Numbered from the stretch's first letter, positions 35,740-47,333 are shown. The stretch is DNA of 64,000 bases from an uncultured delta proteobacterium (GCA_963752595.1 CAVVYZ010000013.1:1-64000); one strand, 5' to 3'. The notes: generated by a model not told the origin, from the sequence alone. Numbers and translations: made by a program.

Positions 35740-38487
35740 CTACTTGACGGACTCAATCCTGGTGTCGAGGACGGAACGGACAGCTTTAAGCATGTCGTAC
35801 ATCGTGTAGGGCTTCTGAAGGAAAGGATGTTCGTGAACCTCGATCATCTTGGTCTGTGATTTTTCATCCATGTATCCGCTTGTCATCAGCACCCTCACGT
35901 CCGGCTTTTCCTTGAGGAACACTTCCACGAGATCGAGGCCGTTTCTGTCGGGGAGCACCACATCGCTGAACACGAGGGCGAGATGATCTTTATGCCGAGA
36001 AAATACATTGTGCGCTTCCGCGGAGCTGCCGACGGGAAAAACTCCGTACCCATGGCTCGTGAGCGCCGTGCCTGCGAATTCCAGGACGCCAGGGTCATCT
36101 TCCACGATGAGGATCTTCTCTCCTCGTCCGCGCAAATCCTCGAAGGAAATCTTTTCTTGCCCATCGGATTGCGGCCTTATGGTGACTGCAGGGAAAAATG
36201 TTTTGAATACCGTGCCTTCATCCGGTTTGCTCTCGACGACGATCCATCCCTTGTGATGTTTTATGATGCCGTACACGACGGCCAGTCCGAGCCCGGTGCC
36301 TTTCCCTGCCTCCTTGGTCGTGAAGAAGGGTTCAAAGATGCGCTTCTGGGTTTCGCCGTCCATTCCCACCCCGGTATCCGTAATGGCGAGGCATACGAAT
36401 TGCCCGGTTCTGGCAAATGGATATATCCTTGTATACGCTTCATCGATAATGACATTTTCTGTGTTAATGACGATGTCGCCGCCGTCGGGCATGGCATCGC
36501 GTGCATTGATGACAAGATTCATGATCACCTGCTCGATGCTGCCCCTGTCTGCCATGACCGACCAGAGGGCAGGTTTCTTCTCAACCTTGGTGGTGATATT
36601 CTCACCGATGAGGCGTTCGATGATCTTGAGGATATTGTCCACCGATGCATTCAGATCGATCGGGATGGATTCCATGGGCTGCTTCCTGCTGAAGAGCAGA
36701 AGCTGCCGTGTCAGGTCGGATGCACGGACGGCCGCGTTTTCGATGAGCTTGAGGCTTCGCCTCATGGGGCTTGTTTCCGGTGTCGTGAGCAGGCAGAGAT
36801 CCAGCGAGCCACGGATGGCGGTCAGGATGTTGTTGAAGTCGTGGGCAATACCCCCGGCCAGGGTGCCCACTGCTTCGATCCTCTGGATCTGCTGGATCTG
36901 TGATTCCAGCTCCTTCCGTTCGGTGATGTCTTTGAGGATTCCCTCGACCCCGGTTACCCGGCCCAGGTAATCGGTAGTAGGGGTACCGCAGATGATGAAA
37001 TACCGCAAGGTGCCGTCTTTATGGAGGAGAGCGCCGTTGTAATCCAGGAGTATCTGCTTGTCATCACGGATCTTCTTGAAGATGCGGATATAATCTGCCG
37101 CGTGCTCCTTCCGTACAAGGAAAAGGAACTCTTTTCCGATAATTTCATCCCTGCTGTACCCGAGGATATCCTCGATGGCAGGATTGACATAGGTGATGTA
37201 GCCGTCGTGCCCCATGCTCAAGATGATATCCGGTGCATTTTCGGTCAAAGACCTGAACCGCTCTTCGCTCTGCCTTAAGGCCTCCTCGGATCTCCTGTGC
37301 TCCTGGATCTCGGCGCGGAGCGTATCGCTGTACTGCTGCAGCTCCCTCATGAAGGTGTTGAAGTAATGGCCGAGCCGGCCGATTTCATCCCGCGACGATT
37401 CCTCCATCCGTACGGTAAAGTCACCGGTAGCGCCTGTATCGAAGTGCTTCATGAGCCTCTGCAGGGGGTTCGTGATGGACGAGCTTATCCAGAGCGTCAT
37501 GGCGAGCATGATTGCCATGGCTACGAAAGCGATCATGATGATAATATTCCTGATCCGTTCGAGGGGTTCATAAAATTCATCGAGGTACCCGGATGATGCG
37601 ATGATCCAGTCAAGCTCCGGGATATAGTTGAGGATGACGATTTTCTTCCTTAGCCTGGATTCTTCCGGGTTCTGCCAGTCGTAGATAATCTTCCCGGTCT
37701 TCTGCTTGACGATTCTCATGGCAGTGAATCGCTGGTCGGCGTCTTTGATATCATAGACAGATCCTTTGAGTAAAGGGTGGATGATGATGTTTGCCTTACT
37801 GTCGAATACGAATGAATACCCGGTCTTGCCGAATCGTAAGTTCAGGATGCTTTCACGGAAATCCTCTACGTTTACGAGGTCTGCAAACTCCTCGCAATAG
37901 GATGAAACCGAAATGATCCAGTCCCAGGGCATGAAATCCGTCATATAGAGTGCCTTGGGTCGAGGGGTGGGTTCTCCGGGGTTCCTCCAGTCATACGTGA
38001 GGTACCCTTCCTTTCTTCTTATCTGCTCCTGGACAAAAGCGCGGTAGGAAAAGTTATGCCCTTCAACACCTTTGTCTTTATGAACTACTGCAACCCCGTT
38101 GCTGTTCACGCAATAGATGTAGCCGGTCTTCCCGATCTTCTGGGAGAGCAGGATATTCCTGGCCTGCTGTTTTGCTTCATTTTCAGTGAGCTTGCCTGCC
38201 TGATGCTGCTGGTAAAAATATTCGACGATCTCTTTGTTTCTCAATGCTATGGCACGGAGATGATTCCTTATAGAAATGTCCGCCGATGCCCTGACCATGG
38301 TGAGGATCGTGGAGGTGGAATTTTTGAGCTTGTTTTCTATGCCCGATTCGATGACGCCCCTTACCAGGTAATGGATCGATACGCTCGCTGAAACGATGAT
38401 GAAGACGAATATGACTCCATACCCTGCAAGCAGTTTAGAGCGAATAGATGTCTTCCTTGATGGAGATAGCATAGTCAAGCTCCTCAT
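35740..38487 (-). CDS. Hybrid sensor histidine kinase (Cache-HAMP-PAS-HisKA-HATPase-REC)
   Basis: TM-Cache (GYIYC, WDWII), HAMP (DEIGRL), PAS, GGIAHDFNN, NLVINARDA, GKGTGLGL, REC (SDVVLP, QKPY). Confidence 0.95.
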   Translation of the reverse strand: MRSLTMLSPSRKTSIRSKLLAGYGVIFVFIIVSASVSIHYLVRGVIESGIENKLKNSTSTILTMVRASADISIRNHLRAIALRNKEIVEYFYQQHQAGKLTENEAKQQARNILLSQKIGKTGYIYCVNSNGVAVVHKDKGVEGHNFSYRAFVQEQIRRKEGYLTYDWRNPGEPTPRPKALYMTDFMPWDWIISVSSYCEEFADLVNVEDFRESILNLRFGKTGYSFVFDSKANIIIHPLLKGSVYDIKDADQRFTAMRIVKQKTGKIIYDWQNPEESRLRKKIVILNYIPELDWIIASSGYLDEFYEPLERIRNIIIMIAFVAMAIMLAMTLWISSSITNPLQRLMKHFDTGATGDFTVRMEESSRDEIGRLGHYFNTFMRELQQYSDTLRAEIQEHRRSEEALRQSEERFRSLTENAPDIILSMGHDGYITYVNPAIEDILGYSRDEIIGKEFLFLVRKEHAADYIRIFKKIRDDKQILLDYNGALLHKDGTLRYFIICGTPTTDYLGRVTGVEGILKDITERKELESQIQQIQRIEAVGTLAGGIAHDFNNILTAIRGSLDLCLLTTPETSPMRRSLKLIENAAVRASDLTRQLLLFSRKQPMESIPIDLNASVDNILKIIERLIGENITTKVEKKPALWSVMADRGSIEQVIMNLVINARDAMPDGGDIVINTENVIIDEAYTRIYPFARTGQFVCLAITDTGVGMDGETQKRIFEPFFTTKEAGKGTGLGLAVVYGIIKHHKGWIVVESKPDEGTVFKTFFPAVTIRPQSDGQEKISFEDLRGRGEKILIVEDDPGVLEFAGTALTSHGYGVFPVGSSAEAHNVFSRHKDHLALVFSDVVLPDRNGLDLVEVFLKEKPDVRVLMTSGYMDEKSQTKMIEVHEHPFLQKPYTMYDMLKAVRSVLDTRIESVK

Positions 38488-38597
38488 CTATCTCTCGGTA
38501 AAGCTTCATTTATTCTTGAAAGAATGAGGCCGTTCCCAAGAAAGGAGCATGATATCCTTGATTACGAACCGGTCTTTACGGCTTTGGTGAGGGAAGC

Positions 38598-40028
38598 TCA
38601 AGTTCCCGATGCGCTCTCCCGCGGGAGGATCACGGTAAAGATGCTTCCTTTGTGCAAAGAACTCCGGACAGATACCGAGCCTCCGAATGCCTCTGCAATG
38701 GCCTTGACCAGGCTCAGGCCGAGACCGATCCCCGGCTCGGACCTGCTTGCATCGCAACGGTAGAACCTCTCGAATACCTTGGGGATGTCGGATGGCGGTA
38801 TACCGACACCGGTATCTTCAAAGATCATGGAGACAGTGCCGCCATGGTCCTCGATTTTTATCCGGATGGACCCTCCTGGAAGGGTATACTTGATGGCGTT
38901 ATCGAGCAGATTGGTAATAATCCTCTGGATTTTTGACTTATCGCTCTGTATGGTCACTGAACGGGGGACCTCTGCGGAGAGCCGGAGAGATTTTTCCTGG
39001 GCTATCGATTGGAACAGGTTGCATGCATTCAGGGTCAGCCTGCTCACATCCACATTCTCTGGATGCATCTCCCCAACCCCGGCTTCTGTCTCGGCAATAT
39101 CCAGCATGGTATTGATCATGACGATGAGGTTGTCGCATTCTTCAATGGTGGTGACAGCCATGTCTTCATAATCCTTATCCGAGCCCCTTGCCATGAGCGT
39201 TGTTTCGGCAATGCCCCGGATGCGGGTCAACGGGCTCCTGAGGTCGTGGGCGATATTGTCGGTGACCTCTTTCATCCCCTGGATAAGTGTCTGGAGACGG
39301 TCCACCATTTTATTAAAGGAGTCGGCAAGCCGATCGATTTCTATGGACCTGTGTCGGACATCAACCCTTTTGTGGTATGCCCCTTCGGATATCTCGCCGG
39401 CTATGCGGGATACCTCGTCGACCCCGGAAAGAGCCCTCTGTGCCATGAACCAGCCGACGATCGCCGCAAACAGGAACACGGGGAGCAGGAGACGGAAGAT
39501 CAGCTTTCGGAAAACGTGGAGGTACCGTTCGTTGCTCTCCAGAGAAACGCCGATCTGCATGACGAGCGAAGGACCGATACGGCTGTACACCATACGTGTC
39601 TCATGCTTCTGCCCGGGGAGCTTCATGGTGAGGAATACGGGCTTTCGGTCAGCGAAGGATTGCAGGAAATGCTCATACGAGACATCGATCGGCCCCCACG
39701 AAGCCATGTTAGAGGATGCAAGGACTTGCCCGTTTTCCGAGATCAGGCGAAAGAAGACGTTGTGCGGGCCCTCGGATGCAGACTCCAGTTTCATTCCCCG
39801 CTCCACCTGTTCCCTGCCGTTCTCCTTGAACAGTTCCGTGAATTCGGACAGCTCGCTGGAAATGTCCCGATCGGTGTTCCTCACCGTTAAATGCTCCATA
39901 CGCACGGAGAAGATCATGAGAACCAGCAGTGATGAAACCGTAAAGATGAGCGCGTAGCCGAGGGTGAGGCGGAATGACAGAGATTTCCTGATATTATGGA
40001 TTCTTTCTAAGAACATACCCGACTCCAC
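38598..40028 (-). CDS. Two-component sensor kinase (HAMP, CusS/BaeS-like)
   Basis: NIAHDLRSPL, NLLDNAIKYT, DTGVGI, FERFYR, GLGLSL. Confidence 0.95.
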   Translation of the reverse strand: MESGMFLERIHNIRKSLSFRLTLGYALIFTVSSLLVLMIFSVRMEHLTVRNTDRDISSELSEFTELFKENGREQVERGMKLESASEGPHNVFFRLISENGQVLASSNMASWGPIDVSYEHFLQSFADRKPVFLTMKLPGQKHETRMVYSRIGPSLVMQIGVSLESNERYLHVFRKLIFRLLLPVFLFAAIVGWFMAQRALSGVDEVSRIAGEISEGAYHKRVDVRHRSIEIDRLADSFNKMVDRLQTLIQGMKEVTDNIAHDLRSPLTRIRGIAETTLMARGSDKDYEDMAVTTIEECDNLIVMINTMLDIAETEAGVGEMHPENVDVSRLTLNACNLFQSIAQEKSLRLSAEVPRSVTIQSDKSKIQRIITNLLDNAIKYTLPGGSIRIKIEDHGGTVSMIFEDTGVGIPPSDIPKVFERFYRCDASRSEPGIGLGLSLVKAIAEAFGGSVSVRSSLHKGSIFTVILPRESASGT

Positions 40029-40671
40029 GGATCGTATGGATAAGCTTTGTATCGAAGTTCCTGTCGACCTTGTCTCTTAAGTAGCAGATCTTCGATTCCA
40101 CGATATTGGTGCCCGGGTTGAAATTATAATCCCACACATGCTCGATGATCATTGTCTTTGACACGATATGGCCGGCATTGCGCATAAGATATTCGAGAAG
40201 AGAGAACTCCAGGGGTTTGAGGTCGATCTCTTGGCCGGATCTTTCCACCTTTCTGGTCAGGATGTTCATGGTCAGGTTCTCGACGGAGAGGGTTGAAGGG
40301 TTCGAGAGCTTGTTCGCCCTCCTGATCAGGGCATGAATCCGTGCCAGGAGTTCCGAGAAAGAAAACGGCTTTACCAGGTAATCGTCGCTTCCCACGTTGA
40401 GCCCTTTGATCCTGTCATCGACCGAGCGCTTTGCGCTGAGGATGATAACAGGGAAATTCACTTCCCTCCTTCGTATTTCTTCTATCATGGCCAGGCCGTC
40501 GAGCTTCGGCAGCATGATGTCCACTATCGCAAGGTCGTAAGGGTTGGTGAGCGAAAAGTGCAGGCCGTCTTCGCCATTGTCGGCATGATCCACCGCAAAG
40601 CCCGCCTCCTTCAACCCTTTTATCATGAAGAGGGCAATCTTCCGGTCATCTTCTACCAAGAGCAGACGCAT
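39994..40671 (-). CDS. OmpR/CusR-family response regulator
   Basis: LLVEDD, DIMLP, DDYLVKPF, LIHTIRGVGY. Confidence 0.96.
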   Translation of the reverse strand: MRLLLVEDDRKIALFMIKGLKEAGFAVDHADNGEDGLHFSLTNPYDLAIVDIMLPKLDGLAMIEEIRRREVNFPVIILSAKRSVDDRIKGLNVGSDDYLVKPFSFSELLARIHALIRRANKLSNPSTLSVENLTMNILTRKVERSGQEIDLKPLEFSLLEYLMRNAGHIVSKTMIIEHVWDYNFNPGTNIVESKICYLRDKVDRNFDTKLIHTIRGVGYVLRKNP

Positions 40672-40916
40672 ATTGTTGCTTTCTCCCGTGACAGGTGTAA
40701 TAAGGCTTTCCGCCGATCTGCCGTCCCATCTCTTCCCCGATGTCGATCGAGGATACTATTAATGACATCATTTTTGAAATATTTGAAACATATTTTCTTC
40801 AGCTCAATCGAAACACCGGATCTAACCTGGTGCAAGCTTCTTTGTGTCCCCGATAGAAGCACGGCACGGGCAAAGATTATAAAAAAATAATGTGTATGTA
40901 ATCTTTATATAATCTG

Positions 40917-42617
40917 ATGTGTTCTATCAATGTCCCTGACTGCAACAGGTACATGCAGAAGAATCAGGCAGCTATGGAGAACAGAGACGTGCATCACACA
41001 GGGGATATGGGTTCGTTTTCGGGCAAAACGATCACCATCACAGCACTCCTTCTCCTGGTTCTTTTTCTTCTTCCGGGGATCAACCACGGTTTATGGGGGC
41101 CTGATGAGCCGAGGGAGGCAGGAATATGCTCGGCAATGGTCCGGACCGGCGAGTATCTGATCCCAAGGCTCAACGGAAAGCCGTTCCTTGAAAAGCCACC
41201 CCTCTATTACATTGTGGCAGCGTCCATCGGGTCGCTGATTAAGACTGACAACGGAGTCCCTTACCGCCTGGCATCGCTTTTTTTCGGAGCCCTTACCCTG
41301 CTTGTCGCTTTCTCTCTGGTATCGAGGCATTACGGCCGCACCGCCGGATTGATCGCTGCAGGCATTCTTGCAAGCTCCTGGGGTTTTTTCAAGCTGTCGA
41401 GATGGGTCCTGGTGGATATATCCCTGGTCTTCTCGATCACTCTTTGCCTGTCCGCATATCTTGAATTCCGGAAAAGAGAATCTCTTCAAGCTGTGATCGT
41501 TTTTGGGCTGGGGCTCGGGACCTCGTTTATGGCAAAGGGTCTTATCGGGCCGGCTATTGTTGCATCGGCAGTTCTCATGGACACAGTCATGATGAAGGAT
41601 TTTAGCATCATCCGGAGATTGCGGCTCCAACTTGCCCTCCTGATCATGTTTGCCACAACCGTCCCCTGGATTGTCTATCTCTATGCCCATGGTGGATGGC
41701 CTTTTGTGCGTGAGGTTATCGTGGTAAACGGCATCATGAGGTTTACCGGTGCACCGGAAGGTGCAGCCCTTGGGCATCAGCATGGTATGACCTACTACCT
41801 GAGCCTTTTTCCGGAAATTTTTCTCCCCTGGACACTCCTGTTCATCCCTGCGCTGATATCAGCAGTCCGAAAATACAGGGATAATCCCTTCCTGGCATGG
41901 TTTGCGGGGCCATTTATCCTGATATGCATCGCATCAACGAAGAGAGGAATCTACCTGGTGCCTCTTTTCCCTGCAGCTGCAGCCATTACCGCCTTATGGC
42001 TGTGCAGCACGCCGAAGAAGAAGTGGGAGCTGTACTGCATCAATGCGGGATGGGCTTCGGCCTTGGGTGCATGCCTGCTGCCCCTTGCCGGGATCTTCTA
42101 TGGGAGAGCGCTGCTCGGGCTCACAGCCTCAATACCCGGCATGATCATCCTGTTTCTTGTCATCAGGAAACGTATCGCTGTCCCGGCCCCCCTTCATCTC
42201 GTCGTGGTGATGTTCATCGGGGTGATCATGAGCATGACGGTATTTTTCAGCATCATGACACCAAGGGAAGACTACTTAAGCTTTGCACGGGAAGCTATAG
42301 TGCTGGCTCAAGGGAGAGACATCCGGGTGAGCGGAGGAGACGAGCTTTTCCGGGGCCTCATCCCCATGTTTACCGGAAAGACATGTCATGAGGCAGATCT
42401 GTCGGGGATTCTTGGAAGCGGCATCTATATCTGGCGGGCATCCGACATCGGAAAACCACCGGCGGTCTTGAATGAGTCCTGTATCAAAGTGATGCTTGAA
42501 AAGAGGATCGGCTCAAAAAAAGCAGTAATGGCACAGGTGATGCCGTGCCGGACCGGGATGCTTCCTTTTCGCGAGGGTTTCCCTCAGTCATCGAACGAAA
42601 GAGAACACACCCTTTAA
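40917..42617 (+). CDS. ArnT-like GT-C glycosyltransferase (family 39/83, PMT_2)
   Basis: LWGPDEPRE, PFLEKPPLYY, FMAKG, GHQHG, LPWT, TKRGIYLVPLFP; polytopic. Start uncertain (several ATGs 40917-41007). Confidence 0.88.
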   Translation: MCSINVPDCNRYMQKNQAAMENRDVHHTGDMGSFSGKTITITALLLLVLFLLPGINHGLWGPDEPREAGICSAMVRTGEYLIPRLNGKPFLEKPPLYYIVAASIGSLIKTDNGVPYRLASLFFGALTLLVAFSLVSRHYGRTAGLIAAGILASSWGFFKLSRWVLVDISLVFSITLCLSAYLEFRKRESLQAVIVFGLGLGTSFMAKGLIGPAIVASAVLMDTVMMKDFSIIRRLRLQLALLIMFATTVPWIVYLYAHGGWPFVREVIVVNGIMRFTGAPEGAALGHQHGMTYYLSLFPEIFLPWTLLFIPALISAVRKYRDNPFLAWFAGPFILICIASTKRGIYLVPLFPAAAAITALWLCSTPKKKWELYCINAGWASALGACLLPLAGIFYGRALLGLTASIPGMIILFLVIRKRIAVPAPLHLVVVMFIGVIMSMTVFFSIMTPREDYLSFAREAIVLAQGRDIRVSGGDELFRGLIPMFTGKTCHEADLSGILGSGIYIWRASDIGKPPAVLNESCIKVMLEKRIGSKKAVMAQVMPCRTGMLPFREGFPQSSNEREHTL

Positions 42618-42620
42618 TCT

Positions 42621-43196
42621 ATGGAGGAAACAGTGAAAGAATCATACAAGGTCTGGTACCGGCTGAGAGGAGCTCTCATCGTTCCTTTTTACCTCTTTAT
42701 TGTGTTTTGGTCTGTCGGTGAGGTAGAACAAAACCATATCGTTTTCCCCTTAGGCGGCCTTCTTTTCGGATTTGGCCTGTTCATCCGCATATGGGCTCAA
42801 GTACATCTGCACTACCGTCTGAAAGAGCATAAGAAATTAACCTTGACCGGCCCGTACAGGTATGTCCGCAATCCGATTTATATCGGCAATACACTGGCTC
42901 TGGCAGGGGTTACGGTTTTGTCCGAGCTGCTGTGGTTTGTCCCGGTTATGCTCATGGCATGCGCATTCACTTACCATATGACGGTCCTCTACGAAGAAAG
43001 GCACCTGGCTGTGAAGTACGGCCAGGACTATGTGGATTTTACCCACCGAGTACCCAGATGGATTCCCCGCTTTCCCGGGGTAAAGGCAGAGGCAAACGGC
43101 AATTTCCGGAAGTACCTCTTCCCGAGCATTCTGGCCGAGCTCCATATCCTGCTTCTGACCTTGCCGCCGATCCTCAAGGAGCTATTGAAAAGCTGA
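42621..43196 (+). CDS. Isoprenylcysteine/phospholipid methyltransferase-family membrane protein
   Basis: LTGPYRYVRNPIYIG, EERHL, YG..Y…VPRWIP. Confidence 0.88.
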   Translation: MEETVKESYKVWYRLRGALIVPFYLFIVFWSVGEVEQNHIVFPLGGLLFGFGLFIRIWAQVHLHYRLKEHKKLTLTGPYRYVRNPIYIGNTLALAGVTVLSELLWFVPVMLMACAFTYHMTVLYEERHLAVKYGQDYVDFTHRVPRWIPRFPGVKAEANGNFRKYLFPSILAELHILLLTLPPILKELLKS

Positions 43197-43314
43197 TCGG
43201 GAAAAAGCGTAAAAAAAGTCTGTCCGGATCTATCCATGGGCAGGAGGCGTGCCTCGTTCAGAAGTGCTGAATGGCGAGGCTCCTCCCCGATCCTTGAGTA
43301 TTCAGATTTAAGCC

Positions 43315-45000
43315 CTACACGCGTGTGAGCTGCCGGTACTTGATCCGGTGCGGCTGGTCCGCGGCTTTGCCGAGCCGTTTCTTCCTGTCCGCCTCATACT
43401 CGGAGTAGTTGCCGTCGAACCATACAACCGAGCTGTCTCCTTCAAATGCGAGAATATGTGTCGCGATGCGGTCGAGGAACCACCGGTCGTGGCTGATGAC
43501 GACCGCGCATCCCCCGAAAAATTCCAGGGCCTCTTCCAGGGCGCGCATGGTATTTACATCGAGGTCGTTGGTGGGCTCGTCCAGAAGCAGCACATTGGCG
43601 CCTTCCTTGAGCATGCAGGCGAGGTGCACGCGGTTCCGCTCTCCGCCCGAGATGGTAGTCACCTTTTTCTGCTGGTCCGTCCCGGAGAAATTGAAGCGGG
43701 CCACGTAAGCGCGGGAATTCACCTCCTGCTTTCCGAGCTGCACCATGTCGCGGCCGCCGGAGATCACTTCCCAGATTGTCTTGGAAGGATCGAGGGTATC
43801 GCGCTCCTGGTCGACGTAAGCGACCTTGACCGTCTCGCCGACGCGTATGCTGCCTGAATCGGGCGTCTCAAAGCCGGTAATCATCTTGAACAGGGTTGTC
43901 TTGCCTGCGCCGTTGGGCCCGATGACGCCCACAATGCCGCCTGCAGGCAGGCCGAACGTCATGCCTTCGAAGAGGAGGCGGTCGCCGTATGCCTTCGACA
44001 CGTCCTGTGCCTCAATGACCACTTTCCCGAGCCTCGGTCCCGGCGGGATATAGATCTCCAATTCTTTCTCCTGCTTATCGTTGTCCTGGGTCAGGAGGTT
44101 TTCGTATGCGCTGATGCGCGCCTTTGCCTTTGCATGGCGGCCTTTCGGTGACATATGGATCCAGTCCAGCTCGCGCTGGAGGGTCTTCTGGCGCTCGGAT
44201 TCGGACTTCTCCTCCTGCTTCAGGCGGTTCTGCTTCTGGTCGAGCCAGGAAGAATAGTTTCCCTTCCAGGGGATGCCGTGGCCGCGGTCAAGCTCAAGGA
44301 TCCAGCCGGCAACATTATCCAGGAAATACCGGTCGTGCGTGACCGCGATGACCGTGCCTTCATACTGCTGGAGGTGGTGTTCGAGCCAGGAAACGGTCTC
44401 TGCGTCGAGGTGGTTCGTGGGCTCGTCGAGGAGCAGGATATCGGGTTTCTGCAGCAGGAGCCTGCACAGCGCGACCCGCCGCTTCTCGCCGCCTGACAGG
44501 ACCCGGACAGAGGTGTCTGCAGGGGGACATCGCAGGGCATCCATGGCCATGTCCAGGCGGGATTCGATATCCCAGGCATCCATATGATCGATCTTTTCCT
44601 GCAGCTCGCCCTGGCGCTCCATGAGGGCGTTCATCTCGTCGTCGTTCATTGGCTCGGCGAATTTTTCGCTGATGGCGTTATACTCTTTCACGAGGTCCAC
44701 GACCTCCTGCAGGCCTTCTTCAACGATCTCTTTCACGGTTTTGCCCGGATCGAGAACCGGTTCCTGCTCCAGCAATCCCAATGAGTATCCGGGAGAGAGC
44801 AATGCTTTGCCGTCGAATTCCTGATCAATGCCTGCCATGATGCGCAGCAGTGAGCTTTTGCCCGATCCGTTCAATCCGAGGACGCCTATCTTTGCGCCGT
44901 AAAAATAGGAAAGGGATATGTCTTTTATGACGGGTTTGTTCTGGTAGCTCTTGCTCACTCTCATCATGGTATAAATGATCTTTTCTCCGCCGTTACTCAT
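43315..45000 (-). CDS. ettA: Energy-dependent translational throttle protein EttA (ABC-F)
   Basis: IIYTMMRVSK, GAKIGVLGLNGSGKS, MDALRCPP, two ABC domains, C-terminal PHRIKYRQL. AGGAG before ATG 45000. Confidence 0.96.
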   Translation of the reverse strand: MSNGGEKIIYTMMRVSKSYQNKPVIKDISLSYFYGAKIGVLGLNGSGKSSLLRIMAGIDQEFDGKALLSPGYSLGLLEQEPVLDPGKTVKEIVEEGLQEVVDLVKEYNAISEKFAEPMNDDEMNALMERQGELQEKIDHMDAWDIESRLDMAMDALRCPPADTSVRVLSGGEKRRVALCRLLLQKPDILLLDEPTNHLDAETVSWLEHHLQQYEGTVIAVTHDRYFLDNVAGWILELDRGHGIPWKGNYSSWLDQKQNRLKQEEKSESERQKTLQRELDWIHMSPKGRHAKAKARISAYENLLTQDNDKQEKELEIYIPPGPRLGKVVIEAQDVSKAYGDRLLFEGMTFGLPAGGIVGVIGPNGAGKTTLFKMITGFETPDSGSIRVGETVKVAYVDQERDTLDPSKTIWEVISGGRDMVQLGKQEVNSRAYVARFNFSGTDQQKKVTTISGGERNRVHLACMLKEGANVLLLDEPTNDLDVNTMRALEEALEFFGGCAVVISHDRWFLDRIATHILAFEGDSSVVWFDGNYSEYEADRKKRLGKAADQPHRIKYRQLTRV

Positions 45001-45327
45001 GTAAGGACTCCTTTTCGATTTCTCCTGATAATACGGGTAGTGCATGTGATTCCTGAATGGTCATCGCTGAACGGAAAGAGGATATGACGCTGCATTCACA
45101 AATCAGGTTCCATAACCCGCGCATACCTCATATAAAGAGCTTCTCTTCTTTTTGGAAGAGAAAAAAGCATCAGCTTAGGATAAGAGGGAGGATCGAAGGA
45201 AATACCGCAGCCGTGCATTGCCCGGGGTCGTATCTCCCGATAATTTTATTGCAAATAGTCCGCACGTAGTATATGGCACTGTGCGCGCCGATAAGATATG
45301 AATACCCGCGAGGTTTAAGGAATCAAC

Positions 45328-47174
45328 ATGAAACAGCTGATAAAGAACGAAAATATCAGGAATGTCGCCATTATCGCCCACGTCGATCATGGCAAGACAA
45401 CACTGGTGGATGCCATGTTCCGGCAGAGCGGCGTGTTCCGTGAAGGCCAGGAAGTTGAGACCAGGGTCATGGACAATCTGGAACTGGAGCGGGAGCGCGG
45501 CATCACCATTGCAGCCAAGAACTGCTCCGTACATCTGGAACGGGGTTAAGATCAATATCATCGATACCCCGGGCCACGCCGATTTCGGCGGCGAGGTGGA
45601 GCGGGCCCTGTCCATGGCGGACGGTGCCATTCTCCTGGTGGACGCCTCGGAAGGACCCCTTCCGCAGACGCGCTTTGTCCTGAAAAAGACCCTGGAAGCC
45701 GGTCTCAAGGTCATCGTGGTGATCAACAAGATCGACCGCAAGGATGCCCGATCGGAACAGGTCCTGAACGAAATGTACGACCTCTTCATCGACCTGGATG
45801 CCGACGATGATCAGAGCGACTTCCCCTGCCTTTATGCCGTCGGGCGGGACGGGATTGCCATGAAGACACCCTGATGAAGAAGGCCGAAGAACCTGCAGGT
45901 CCTCTTCGAGGCCATCCTCTGCGGAGATCCCGGCCCCTGCATACGACCCGGACGAGCCGTTCCAGATGCTGGTGGCGGACCTGGACTACTCCGATTACGT
46001 GGGCCGGCTCGCCATCGGCAGGGTCTTCCACGGACATGTCGCGTACCTAAACGAATGCCCTGCTCTGCATCAATGAGAAAGGGAAAACCGTCCGCTGAAG
46101 GTCACCAAGCTCCAGGGCTATGAGGGTGTGCACGTGCGCGAGGTCGACAGCGCCGAGCCGGGGGATATCGTGATGCTTGCAGGGATCGAGAATGTAATGA
46201 TCGGCGACACCATCTGCACCCAGGAATGCACCCAAGGCCTTGCCGCGCATCACGGTGGACGAGCCCACCGTTTCCATGCGCATCTTTCCCAATAATTCAC
46301 CCCTTGCCGGTACGGAAGGATCGCTGGTCCAGTCAACCAGGATCCATGAGCGCCTTCAGAAGGAAACGCTGCGGAATGTTGCCATCAGACTGGAGGTATC
46401 CCCGGAGAGGGACTGCTTCATCATCAAGGGCAGGGGCGAGTTTCAGCTTGCCATCCTCATCGAGACCATGCGGCGGGAAGGGTTCGAGCTGTGCGTGGGC
46501 CGACCCGAGGTCATCTTCGAATACAAAGACGGCGCCGTCGTGAGCCCATCGAGCACCTCTTCATCGACTGCGACGAAGATTATCTGGGCATCGTCACCGA
46601 GAAACTTTCCATCCGGAAAGGCCGGATGATCAACTTCATCAATCACGGCACCGGCCGGGTGAGGATTGAATTCAGCATCCCTTCCCGCGGTCTGATAGGC
46701 TACCGGGATGAATTCCTCACGGACACCAAGGGAACCGGCATCATGAGCTCGTATCTATCGGGATATGAAGAGTTTCGCGGGGATTTCCCCAGCAGATTCA
46801 CCGGCTCCATCGTTGCCGACCGGAAGGGCAATGCCGTTCCCTATGCCCTGTTCAATCTGGAACCCAGGGGCAAGCTCTTCGTATCACCCGGAGACCCGGT
46901 CTATGAGGGCATGATCGTGGGCGAGCACAGCAGGGAAAACGATATCGACGTAAACCCCTGCAAGATGAAGAAGCTCACCAATATGCGCGCTGCAGGCAGG
47001 GACGACAATATTCTCCTTTCACCCCCCATCCCCATGACCCTGGAAAGGGCCCTGCAGTTCATCCGGGAAGATGAAATGGTGGAAGTGACTCCCAAATCCG
47101 TCAGACTCCGCAAAGTAGAGCTGTCCTCAAACAGACGCCATAGCGCAAGCGTTGCAAAAAAGAAGGCGGGTTAA
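45328..47174 (+). CDS. typA: Translational GTPase TypA/BipA (several frameshifts)
   Basis: [50 protein letters not shown] and [12 protein letters not shown], spread across frames. Confidence 0.93.
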
Positions 47175-47333
47175 ACAAACAAGCGCCCCTTCTCCTCCGG
47201 ACCAAGTCCTTTTAAACCTATCCTGCGATATTAGCAGGTGAGAAAGCACTTGAAGTATCAGCGATACCTCGGAGACTTTGCCGTTGGGATGTCTCAAGAG
47301 TGCTGTTTGGAGGACGGGTATCTCCCGGTTCGC

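Noticed and set aside
45328-47174. typA as a true pseudogene or programmed-frameshift gene
   Set aside because: Motifs are fully conserved, the indels are scattered and lack consistent slippery sites, and adjacent genes show the same error pattern.
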